This document shows positions 21,060 through 29,586 of a stretch of 64,000 bases of DNA, piece after piece. The translations under genes were made by a program, and so were the position numbers. The first letter of the stretch is position 1, and the number at the start of each line of letters is the position of its first letter. The DNA is taken from the NCBI GenBank assembly GCA_046538235.1, contig JBKHJG010000003.1:41722-105721 (forward strand). Direction: 5' to 3'. Under the pieces are notes generated by a model. It did no database searches. It saw only the letters and a program-made list of their open reading frames with translations, and was not told where the DNA came from. This stretch comes from Dehalococcoidia bacterium. Its GTDB lineage: Bacteria; Chloroflexota; Dehalococcoidia; GIF9; AB-539-J10.

Positions 21060-21485
21060 TCAGCGATTGTCAAACCCTGCATCTACCTTGCGCTCCGCAT
21101 GAGCCTTCTCCACCGGCCTTATCAGAAGGGTCATTCTCTCCCTGCCGGTCACGGCGATCTCTTCACCGGCGTCTACGGTTCTGCTGGAAGAGGCGCGCCA
21201 TAGCTCACCGTCAACTCTGACGTACCCTGTAGGCGCGATCAGGGTTGTCGCCCGTCCCCGCGTGCCAACACCGGGCGGAACGACCGACTGCCTGGCTAAT
21301 GCCTTCCTTCCCAGCCAATAGCTGACACACGCATGTGTGCCCAGCGCTACCATCATGACGATAAGGCCCCACAGAGGAACATTTATACCCAATCCGGGCA
21401 GTAGCCAGAGCACTGCGGCCACCAGTGCTGCCTGCTCGAGCAAGCTCGTTACGATTGTGTGTGCAGTGTATGCCTTGTATTGCAT
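21060..21485 (-). CDS. NfeD-like membrane protein (2 TM plus C-terminal OB-fold)
   Basis: The C-terminal VRVDGELWRASSSRTVDAGEEIAVTGRERMTLLIRPVE is NfeD-like. The start is set at the internal ATG (ORF residue 86) to avoid a head-on overlap with birA. The track ORF extends to 21740. Confidence 0.5.
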   Translation of the reverse strand: MQYKAYTAHTIVTSLLEQAALVAAVLWLLPGLGINVPLWGLIVMMVALGTHACVSYWLGRKALARQSVVPPGVGTRGRATTLIAPTGYVRVDGELWRASSSRTVDAGEEIAVTGRERMTLLIRPVEKAHAERKVDAGFDNR

Positions 21486-21623
21486 TGAACCGCTGAGACT
21501 GGAGGTTGGAACCCTCAGGACTCCTCCCGCAATTGCAGAGGTAATGATATGCAAAGCAATAGCAATAGTCAAATAGAAGGGCGATTGACGGCGAGCACCA
21601 TAGCCGTTAACATTTGATAGACA

Positions 21624-22634
21624 ATGGTTAACGTAATGAGGGGCCGAATACTCAGCGCGCTCCGTAAATGTGGCGCTCACCTCTCGGGCCATCTGATCGC
21701 TAACTCCCTCGGTACCTCCAGGGTATCCATCTGGAAGCATATTCGCGCTTTGAACAACCAGGGTTACGCGATAGAATCGTCGTCCCGGGGATACAGGTTG
21801 ACTTCTTCACCCGACCTGCTGCTTCCTTATCAATTCCCGGGCCTGGAGCACAGGATTCACTACTTCCCGGAGGTTGACTCGACCATGGATGCGGCTAGGG
21901 AGCTGGCCAGACAGGGAGCAATTGCAGGCACCGTGGTGATTGCGGAATATCAATCCCATGGTCGGGGCAGGTTAAGCCGGAATTGGCTTTCTCCCAGGGG
22001 CGGGATCTACGTTACCATCATCCTGCGACCGAGTATAAGTCCCGTATACGCTCCCAGAATGAGCTTGATGGCCGGCGTCGCGGTGGCGAGCACGATCAGA
22101 AGCCTGTTCGGGCTGGAGACACAACTGAAGTGGCCCAACGATGTGTTGGTTGCGGGAAAGAAGGTGTGCGGCATACTGGCTGAAATGGACGCCGAAATGG
22201 ATGTCGTGAATTACGTGAACCTGGGGATAGGCATAAACGCCAATGCCTCTATTCCTCAGTTTGCAGATACGGCGACCTCGTTGAAGGATGCATTGGGAAG
22301 GGAGGTCCCTCGAACCGAGCTGCTACGCGCATTGTTATGGGAAATCGATCACCGGCAGTTGCACCTGATGGAAGCAGATTTGCTTGAAGAGTGGAAGCAC
22401 CTCTCTGTCACCCTGGATGGATACGTGAAGATAGTGATGCCCGGTGACGTAGTAGTGGGCCGGGCAATCGATGTTGATGCCACGGGAGCATTGATGGTGA
22501 GGGACGAGAAAGGGTCCTTGAGGAAGGTAGTGGCCGGCGACTGTATCCATCTCAGGGAAGGACAGCGGGACAGTAGCGGCGGGAGCGACCAGCCATCGCT
22601 CATCAGCTCTCAATATGGGAGTGAGGGGCCTTGA
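21624..22634 (+). CDS. birA: bifunctional biotin--[acetyl-CoA-carboxylase] ligase / biotin operon repressor
   Basis: N-terminal HTH (GHLIANSLGTSRVSIWKHIRALNNQGYAIES) and BPL catalytic core (GRGRLSRNWLSPRGG...KWPNDVLVAGKKVCGIL). Confidence 0.9.
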   Translation: MVNVMRGRILSALRKCGAHLSGHLIANSLGTSRVSIWKHIRALNNQGYAIESSSRGYRLTSSPDLLLPYQFPGLEHRIHYFPEVDSTMDAARELARQGAIAGTVVIAEYQSHGRGRLSRNWLSPRGGIYVTIILRPSISPVYAPRMSLMAGVAVASTIRSLFGLETQLKWPNDVLVAGKKVCGILAEMDAEMDVVNYVNLGIGINANASIPQFADTATSLKDALGREVPRTELLRALLWEIDHRQLHLMEADLLEEWKHLSVTLDGYVKIVMPGDVVVGRAIDVDATGALMVRDEKGSLRKVVAGDCIHLREGQRDSSGGSDQPSLISSQYGSEGP

Positions 22635-22708
22635 GGCATCACAGCCGGCCACCAACGCAAGTGCTCCAGGGGGAGTGCGAACACAAAAGCCCGGAACTCA
22701 GCCTACGG

Positions 22709-23662
22709 TCATTCTCTGCGGGCAGCCCTCCGTCTACGCACGGATAAGGCCACCAGCGCTACCGCTATGGCCGCTGCTATTATTCCCGCAACAAGGCGCC
22801 AGTCCGGCGACTCCTGCACCACGATCTCCTGGCCGAAGCTGGCTGTGATGTTATAGCTGCCGTGCATGGTGATGTTGGTTGAGGCGACGGAGGTATCAGC
22901 GACCGTGTCGACTTCGCCCATCCATCTCAAGAAGCCGTAACCCTCATCAGGCTTGGCCTCCAGGTTAACTACCCTGCCGGCCTCATACGTGAAGGTACCC
23001 TCGCCCGGCCCCGTGACCGAACCACCCTCACCGCTCGAGATGGTGAGGCTGTACTCAACAACTGCGCCCTCAGCTATAGCCGTGATGGTCAATACGGCCG
23101 ACGGATACCCGTCGACCTTGATAGTCAGCTGTGCTTCGTCACCGACTGCCAGCAGGCTGTGGGTAAGGTAATCATGCGTGATCGTCAATCTGGCCGTGTC
23201 ATCCAGGAGATCCACCCTGTAGTCGACACCTTCGAGCAAAATAACGCCGTTACCATCCACTACGGAGTCCACCCCGGTCGCATCGTTCCAGGTGATGGTG
23301 GTCGACACGTCCACAGGATCAGCTAGGTCGTATTGAGCCTCTTCAGGGTCGATGGTGGCACCTCTGCCCTCAGTGGCCGTAACAGTAATGCCAGCAGCAG
23401 AGACGCCGATGCCTGCCGACAGGCCTGCGTTCTCACCGTCTGCGATAGAAGCTGCCGCCACGGTGTCCTTCCAGGTCACGGAGCTCTCGGCATTGACGGA
23501 ATCAGCAGATTCGCAGCCGGCCTCCGACGGTGGATGGGTGACGCCATCGCGAGGAGTGGACATAACCGGCGTGGCCATCAACAGGCTGAAACCCAACACC
23601 AGCATCGCAGCCAGGGGAATGCCACATGCCCTGCTCAAAGTATTCCTCCTTCTTCGCACCAA
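22709..23662 (-). CDS. surface protein with InlB B-repeat-like domain and C-terminal TM anchor with Arg-rich tail
   Basis: Signal peptide, Ig-like region and one GYGFLRW...NITASF repeat. The C-terminus is a hydrophobic helix followed by RRRRAARRE. Confidence 0.65.
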   Translation of the reverse strand: MVRRRRNTLSRACGIPLAAMLVLGFSLLMATPVMSTPRDGVTHPPSEAGCESADSVNAESSVTWKDTVAAASIADGENAGLSAGIGVSAAGITVTATEGRGATIDPEEAQYDLADPVDVSTTITWNDATGVDSVVDGNGVILLEGVDYRVDLLDDTARLTITHDYLTHSLLAVGDEAQLTIKVDGYPSAVLTITAIAEGAVVEYSLTISSGEGGSVTGPGEGTFTYEAGRVVNLEAKPDEGYGFLRWMGEVDTVADTSVASTNITMHGSYNITASFGQEIVVQESPDWRLVAGIIAAAIAVALVALSVRRRRAARRE

Positions 23663-23968
23663 CCCACCCTATGCGTCGTCTTACTCGGACCTGCGGCGCC
23701 GCCGAGCTAGGAACCGCCCCCTCCTGCCCGAGCCGACCTCTGCCGCGACCTCCGCGGTGCTCCCAAAAGCTAGCGTAGCAACCCGGCCCCAGGCTGTCAA
23801 GGAGTCCGGTTGTGGCATGAAGCTGACGTCTGAGGTAGCTGCCATGCAGCCACCTGCCAGGATGGAGCTGTAACGACCATCGGCTGTACTCCCTAAGCAG
23901 CCGCTGACAGTAGACGGCCGTGTCACCTGGATAGGAGAAGAAGTGCCTTGTTGCTGGTGATGCTATAA

Positions 23969-25339
23969 TTGTGTCCCGCTGAGGAGAGGAGTCCCATCGA
24001 GAACTACACCGAGCTTTCAGCCAGAGGCCAGACCAGGACAATCAGGCCTTGCGCAGGGTTGGAAGGCGACATAGCCCTACCTGGCGACAAGTCTATCTCC
24101 CACCGCGCCGTCATCCTGAATAGCCTGGCCAAAGGTAAAGCGGACATCGCCAATTTTGCCCCCGGGAGGGACTGTCTGGCTACGGTCAGGTGCCTGAGAG
24201 CCTTAGGTGTTAGAATCGTCAGGACAGGACCGCCTCAGTCGCCTGCTCTGTCGGTCGCAGGGACCGGTGAACAGGGACTGAAGGAAGCCAGGAATGTGCT
24301 CGATGCTCACAATAGCGCCACTACCATGCGCCTTCTCGGCGGCCTGCTTGCCGGTCATCCCTTCCTATCCGTTATTACCGGAGATGCTTCTCTTCGTAAC
24401 CGTCCCATGGGGAGGTTGATCGAGCCACTAAGATTGATGGGCGCCGAGGTCTGGGGAAGAGGGGAAGATACCCTTCCTCCACTGGTCATCAAAGGCGGCA
24501 GGTTACGGGGCATTGATTTTGCGCTGCCGGTTGCCAGTGCCCAGGTTAAGTCAGCGATACTGCTGGCCGGCCTCTTTGCCCGGGGCGGCACGCTGGTGCG
24601 CCAGCCGGTCGCCACCCGGGACCACACGGAAAGGATGCTCAAACGCATGGGCGCCGGTCTGGACAGCCGGGGGAATTCGGTTTCCCTGCAGCCTCTAACT
24701 CGTCGCCTCGTTCCTCTAAGCCTGCGTGTCCCGGGCGACATCAGTTCAGCAGCCTGCTTTCTGGTTGCCGGAGCTGTCCATCCCAATGCCAGGATAGTGG
24801 TAAAGGACTGCGGAATAAACCCCACGCGGACGGGAATAATAGACGTTTTGCTTGCCATGGGAGCCCACCTGAAGACAGGCAACGAGCGTCTGGAAGCTGG
24901 TGAACCCCTGGCGGATGTTGTGGTAGAATGTAGCGAGTTAAGAGGGATAGAGGTCAGCGGCGATATCATCCCTCGCCTTATCGACGAGATTCCCGTGTTA
25001 GCTGTAGCTGCATGTGTTGCCCGAGGGAAAACCGTGATCAGGGATGCCGGAGAGTTGAGGGTCAAGGAATCGGACCGGATTGCCGCCGTAGCAGGTGAAC
25101 TCTCCCGTCTGGGAGCTAGAATCGAGCCGTTACCGGATGGCATGATCATCCACGGCGGCAGGCAATTATCGGGCACAGAGGTGGACAGCCATTCCGACCA
25201 CCGGTTGGCGATGACCCTGGCGGTGGCCGGTCTGGTGTCAAGGGGAGAGACAACGATCAGACACGCCCGTGCTGCAGAGGTGTCGTATCCTTCCTTCTGG
25301 CAGGCTCTGCAACAGGTAATGCGGGACCCATTTAGTTAG
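23969..25339 (+). CDS. aroA: 3-phosphoshikimate 1-carboxyvinyltransferase (EPSP synthase)
   Basis: LPGDKSISHRAVILNSLA and downstream EPSP synthase motifs. TTG start per the track; the N-terminus is uncertain. Confidence 0.9.
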   Translation: MCPAEERSPIENYTELSARGQTRTIRPCAGLEGDIALPGDKSISHRAVILNSLAKGKADIANFAPGRDCLATVRCLRALGVRIVRTGPPQSPALSVAGTGEQGLKEARNVLDAHNSATTMRLLGGLLAGHPFLSVITGDASLRNRPMGRLIEPLRLMGAEVWGRGEDTLPPLVIKGGRLRGIDFALPVASAQVKSAILLAGLFARGGTLVRQPVATRDHTERMLKRMGAGLDSRGNSVSLQPLTRRLVPLSLRVPGDISSAACFLVAGAVHPNARIVVKDCGINPTRTGIIDVLLAMGAHLKTGNERLEAGEPLADVVVECSELRGIEVSGDIIPRLIDEIPVLAVAACVARGKTVIRDAGELRVKESDRIAAVAGELSRLGARIEPLPDGMIIHGGRQLSGTEVDSHSDHRLAMTLAVAGLVSRGETTIRHARAAEVSYPSFWQALQQVMRDPFS

Positions 25340-25421
25340 GCACGGTCTCATGTGAAAGGCTGCCCCTGAGGGCGTTGCATCATCGAGACCTGCGAAGTTA
25401 AGCATCACTGAGGAGGGGAAT

Positions 25422-25703
25422 ATGGTCACGGAATTGGTTCATGTCGGTTTCGGTAGCGTCATCACTGTCAACAGGGTCATTGCTTTCCTTTCCGTCGATC
25501 AGCAGCCGGTCAAGCGATTCCTTCGGGAGACGAGGGAAAAGGGGCTGCTGATCGACGTCACACACGGCCGGAAGGCGAAGACCGCCATCCTATTCGACAC
25601 CGGTCACATGATGCTGGCTGCCCTGACAGCGGAGACTATCGCTCATAGATTCGTAACTGCCTCCCTGCCCTCTGAGGAGAAAGTTGATCTGTGGAGTGCC
25701 TGA
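25422..25703 (+). CDS. remA: RemA/DUF370-family regulator (extracellular matrix regulator-like)
   Basis: The 93-aa sequence matches the RemA consensus (LVHVGFGSVITVNRVIAFLSVDQQPVKRFL...GLLIDVTHGRK). It is preceded by a GAGGAGGGGAAT RBS and sits immediately upstream of gmk, as in Firmicutes. Confidence 0.85.
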   Translation: MVTELVHVGFGSVITVNRVIAFLSVDQQPVKRFLRETREKGLLIDVTHGRKAKTAILFDTGHMMLAALTAETIAHRFVTASLPSEEKVDLWSA

Positions 25704-26343
25704 CAGAAACCCTGAGCCCGGGTCCCCGAGGAAGCATGCAAACGACAGAGAAGCTCATCCCCTGCTCATAGTTCTTTCCGGACCTTCGGGCGTGGGCAAG
25801 GACGCCGTACTGACCAGAATGCGTAAGCTGGGGCGTCCTTTTCACTATGTCGTTACCGCTACTACACGCCCCCAGCGCACCACGGAGACGGATGGGGTCC
25901 ATTACCACTTCCTTTCCCAAAGAGAATTCCAGGAGATGATGGACAACGACGAGTTCCTGGAGTGGGCCAACGTCTACGGCAACTACTATGGTGTGCCGAA
26001 AGCTGAGGTAGCCTCGGCCCTTTCCAAGGGGGAGGACGTAGTGGTGAAAGTGGATGTTCAGGGAGCGCGTACCATAAAGCGAATCGTGCCCCAGGCAGTG
26101 TTCATCTTCCTCATGCCTCCTTCGATGGAGGCCCAGGAAGAGAGGCTGCGGGGCCGGGACAGCGAGTCTTCGGCAGACCTGGCTCTAAGGCTGGAAAAGG
26201 CTAAGGCGGAAATGCAGCAGGTGTCGCTGTTCGACTATCTCATAACCAGCCACCAGCACGAGCTTGATCAGGTTGTGTGCGTTATAGACGCCATCGTCAC
26301 GGCGGAGAAATGCCGTGTCAGGCCCAGGACTGTGGAGCTCTAG
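25684..26343 (+). CDS. gmk: guanylate kinase
   Basis: LIVLSGPSGVGKD P-loop and Gmk core. TTG start with GAGGAG 4 nt upstream. It overlaps the remA stop. Confidence 0.9.
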   Translation: MICGVPDRNPEPGSPRKHANDREAHPLLIVLSGPSGVGKDAVLTRMRKLGRPFHYVVTATTRPQRTTETDGVHYHFLSQREFQEMMDNDEFLEWANVYGNYYGVPKAEVASALSKGEDVVVKVDVQGARTIKRIVPQAVFIFLMPPSMEAQEERLRGRDSESSADLALRLEKAKAEMQQVSLFDYLITSHQHELDQVVCVIDAIVTAEKCRVRPRTVEL

Positions 26344-26417
26344 CTGGTCCCTCTCGGAAGCAGGCTGCCCGTATGCTTTGACAATATACCCGCTTCGCTT
26401 CTACAATAACCGCCAGT

Positions 26418-27113
26418 ATGGGCCTGGCAGCGCACCTTTACAAGCTGCAACAGCTTGACCTGGACCTTCAAAGGGGGCAGCAGGAGTTGGCTGGGATCGA
26501 GGCCCAACTGAGCGACAACAGGGCCCTGGTTGCAGCCGAAGCCAGATTGACCTCACAACAAGAACAGCTCTCAGATATCAGGAAAAGGCAACGGACGTTT
26601 GAATGGGAGCTGGAAGACCTGCAGGAAAAGGTGAAACAAGTCGATGGCAGGCTTTACGGCGGCACAACCAAGAACCCCAAGGAACTGGTCAACCTCGAGA
26701 TGGAACTCAAGAACTTCAAGAGCCAGATAAGGCCTAAGGAAGACGTCTTGCTAGGCTTGATGAGCCAGGCGGAAGAGATGGAAGGCGACGTAAGAAACGC
26801 CACTGAGGAGGTTGCGCGACTGAGGCGAGAATGGGAACACAGGCAGGAAACGATGGCGCGGAGAAAGACCGAGGTTGAGACCATGCTAGCGGAGTTGAGA
26901 GGGAACCGTGAAAGGCTGGCGCAGCAAGTTACCCCCCAAGCACTGGGCATTTATGAGCGGACCAGGCTGACAAGAGGACAGGCCGTGGCCAAGGTGGAGC
27001 GGGGAAAATGCCAGGGATGTCATATCACATTGCCTAGCAGCCAATGGCAGAAAGCCAAAGCCGGTGACTTGGTCCAGTGTACTAGCTGCAGCAGAATACT
27101 GTACCTGGAATAG
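26418..27113 (+). CDS. COG1579-type coiled-coil protein with C-terminal C4 zinc ribbon
   Basis: Long coiled coil, then CQGCHITLPSS...CTSCSRILY. Confidence 0.7.
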   Translation: MGLAAHLYKLQQLDLDLQRGQQELAGIEAQLSDNRALVAAEARLTSQQEQLSDIRKRQRTFEWELEDLQEKVKQVDGRLYGGTTKNPKELVNLEMELKNFKSQIRPKEDVLLGLMSQAEEMEGDVRNATEEVARLRREWEHRQETMARRKTEVETMLAELRGNRERLAQQVTPQALGIYERTRLTRGQAVAKVERGKCQGCHITLPSSQWQKAKAGDLVQCTSCSRILYLE

Positions 27114-27250
27114 GAAGCGACCGGTGGCCCTCCCACCGATGGGCACGGCGGCAGGAGGCTGTTCACGGCCCCGCGCTTCAATGGCAGGGGGTCGATCCAT
27201 GTGCCCGGCGAGGCATGACGACATTGACGATATGAGAGAGATTTGAGTTC

Positions 27251-28678
27251 ATGGCCGGCATTGTTTCATGGGGTGCCTACATACCGCTATGGCGGCTGTC
27301 CCGGGATGCCATTGCCGGGGCTTGGGGGAGTGCCTCAACCGGGGGTGAAAGAAGCGTAGCAAACAACGACGAAGATGCCATCACCATGGCCACCGAGGCT
27401 GCCATTGACTGTCTGGCCGGTTTGGCACGCGACACGGTAGATGGCCTATACTTCGCGTCTACTACCGCACCGTATAGAGAGAAGGAATGCTCTACTTTAG
27501 TGGCCACGGCTACCGACCTCAGGCCCGAGATCATCACCGCCGATTTCGGGAACAGCCTCAGAGCAGCGACAGCGGCATTCAGAGGGGCGCTAGACGCCAT
27601 AGCCGGTGACTCTGCCAGTCAGATCCTGGTGACCACCTCCGATTGCCGCATAGGTTATCCCCGGTCAACCTACGAACAGACCTTCGGTGATGCTGCGGCA
27701 GCCCTGCTGATTGGCAGTAGTGCCGAATCAGCTGTCACCGTGGAAGGCAGCCACTCTCTATGCAACGAGCTATACGATGTGTGGAGGCTGGACAAAGACG
27801 CCTATGTCCGGTCGTGGGAGGAGCGTTTCGTCATAGAGCACGGCTATATGGAGAATATGGAGAGGACGATCTCAGCGTTACTACGCAAGACAGCTGTCTC
27901 TGCACAGGATATCACCAGGGCCGTGCTTTACGCTCCCAACTCAAGGACCCAGCAAGGCCTGGCCCGCCGGCTGGGGCTGGATGTCGAGACGCAACTGCAG
28001 GACCTGTTTATCGACAACGTAGGCATCGCCGGTTGTGCCCATGTCCTGCTCATGCTGGTGGCAGCCCTCGAAAATGCCCATCCCGGCAACAGGATCCTGC
28101 TCGCCAGCTACGGCAGCGGCTGTGACGCTTTCCTGCTCAGAGTGAACGAGAAAATCGGCGAGGTCCAGAACACCAGAAGAGCCGTGAAGGGATACCTTGA
28201 CTCCAAGAGGCACCTATCCAGCTATGCAAGATATCTCAGCTACCGAGGACTGCTGGAGGCCCAGCCCGGCGAACCGTTCAGGCTTTTCCCTGCGGCCACG
28301 ACGGGATGGAGGGAACGCAACTGGGCCATCCGCATGCACGCTAGCCAGTGCCGGAACTGCGGCACTGTCACTTTCCCCATAGAAAGGGTCTGCTATAGGT
28401 GCCGAAGTAAGGACGATTTTGACGAAATCAGGCTCTCAGATAAGACGGCCAGGGTCTTCACTTTCACGCTGGACAACCTGGCCGGCAGAAGCGACGACCC
28501 AACAGTACCGCAGATAGGGGTGGAGTTTGAGTACCGGAATGCCAGGGCTTATCTCTTGATGACGGATTGTGATCCCGCCGAAGTGAGGGTCGACATGCCC
28601 GTAGAGATGACCCTCAGGAGGCTATACCAAGGTGCAGGCATGTACAACTATTTCTGGAAATGCCGCCCGATAAGATGA
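27251..28678 (+). CDS. archaeal-type HMG-CoA synthase-like condensing-enzyme domain fused to DUF35 (Zn-ribbon plus OB-fold) domain
   Basis: The N-terminus (MAGIVSWGAYIPLWRLSRDAIAGAWG...DEDAITMATEAA...DGLYFASTTAPY) aligns with the archaeal HMGCS N-terminus. The C-terminus (CRNCGTVTFPIERVCYRCRS...) is the DUF35 rubredoxin-like Zn ribbon plus OB fold. Confidence 0.7.
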   Translation: MAGIVSWGAYIPLWRLSRDAIAGAWGSASTGGERSVANNDEDAITMATEAAIDCLAGLARDTVDGLYFASTTAPYREKECSTLVATATDLRPEIITADFGNSLRAATAAFRGALDAIAGDSASQILVTTSDCRIGYPRSTYEQTFGDAAAALLIGSSAESAVTVEGSHSLCNELYDVWRLDKDAYVRSWEERFVIEHGYMENMERTISALLRKTAVSAQDITRAVLYAPNSRTQQGLARRLGLDVETQLQDLFIDNVGIAGCAHVLLMLVAALENAHPGNRILLASYGSGCDAFLLRVNEKIGEVQNTRRAVKGYLDSKRHLSSYARYLSYRGLLEAQPGEPFRLFPAATTGWRERNWAIRMHASQCRNCGTVTFPIERVCYRCRSKDDFDEIRLSDKTARVFTFTLDNLAGRSDDPTVPQIGVEFEYRNARAYLLMTDCDPAEVRVDMPVEMTLRRLYQGAGMYNYFWKCRPIR

Positions 28679-28687
28679 GATATCGAC

Positions 28688-29560
28688 ATGAAAGGACCGA
28701 CAATGAAGCGAAAACAATGGCAGAAGGTCCCGGGGTTTGATCTCCAGGACATCATCTATGAGAAGAGGCCGGGAGTGGCCAGGGTCACCATCAACAGGCC
28801 TGAGGCCTACAATGCCTTCACTACTGCCACCCAGTCGGAGTTGATAGAGGCTCTTGAGGATGCGGCCAGCGATGATGCCTCAGGCGTGGTGGTGTTTACC
28901 GGCGCCGGCGATAAGGCATTTTGCACAGGAGGTGATGCCAGGGAAGCCAAGGCCGGCTACCGGAAGGGGATGTTGGAGAAGGACCTGAGGGTCAAGACTC
29001 TGATACGGGAGATGCCCAAGCCTGTTATCGCAGCAGTGAACGGCTATGCCATAGGGGGAGGACAGGTCTACCAGCAGATTTGCGACCTGTCTATAGCTTC
29101 AGATAATGCCGTCTTCGGCCAGGTGGGCCCCCTGGTGGGCAGTTTCGATCCGGGCGTAGGTATCATTGATCTGATGATGGTAGTGGGTGAGAAAAAGGCG
29201 AGGGAGATATGGTACCTCTGCCGCCGCTATAGCGCCCAGGAGGCCCTTGAGATGGGGCTGGTGAACAAGGTAGTTCCGGCGGACGAGTTGGAGGAAGAGG
29301 TAGACAGGTGGTGTGATGAGATACTGGACAAGGGCCCTGGAGCTATAGCCGGCATCAAAGCATGCTTCAACGCTGCCACTACCTCTGTGCGCGGCATAGA
29401 GGCAGTCTCAGCCCAATACCTCTGGAAATACTACGCTTCCGAGGAAGCTGCCCACTGGAAGAATGCATTCTGGGAAAAGAAAAAGCCGGACTGGCAGAGA
29501 TTCAGGAGGAAGGAGCTATATCCCGGAGTGTATGAGGACGAAGAAAGCCAACAGGGGTGA
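28688..29560 (+). CDS. MenB-family crotonase (1,4-dihydroxy-2-naphthoyl-CoA synthase / BadI-like)
   Basis: WQKVPGFDLQDIIYEKRPGVARVTINRPEAYNAF...GVVVFTGAGDKAFCTGGD closely matches the MenB/BadI N-terminal consensus. Confidence 0.8.
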   Translation: MKGPTMKRKQWQKVPGFDLQDIIYEKRPGVARVTINRPEAYNAFTTATQSELIEALEDAASDDASGVVVFTGAGDKAFCTGGDAREAKAGYRKGMLEKDLRVKTLIREMPKPVIAAVNGYAIGGGQVYQQICDLSIASDNAVFGQVGPLVGSFDPGVGIIDLMMVVGEKKAREIWYLCRRYSAQEALEMGLVNKVVPADELEEEVDRWCDEILDKGPGAIAGIKACFNAATTSVRGIEAVSAQYLWKYYASEEAAHWKNAFWEKKKPDWQRFRRKELYPGVYEDEESQQG

Positions 29561-29586
29561 ACCGGTAACTGAGGGCGAGAAGGCCT

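Noticed and set aside
21486-21740. N-terminal 85 residues of the 21060..21740 ORF
   Set aside because: They would overlap the divergent birA start by more than 100 nt. The internal ATG at 21485 still yields a complete 2-TM plus OB-fold NfeD-like protein. The region is treated as 5' UTR/promoter, though the longer form cannot be excluded.
24355-25176. 273-aa minus-strand ORF
   Set aside because: Antisense to aroA; the translation is low-complexity.
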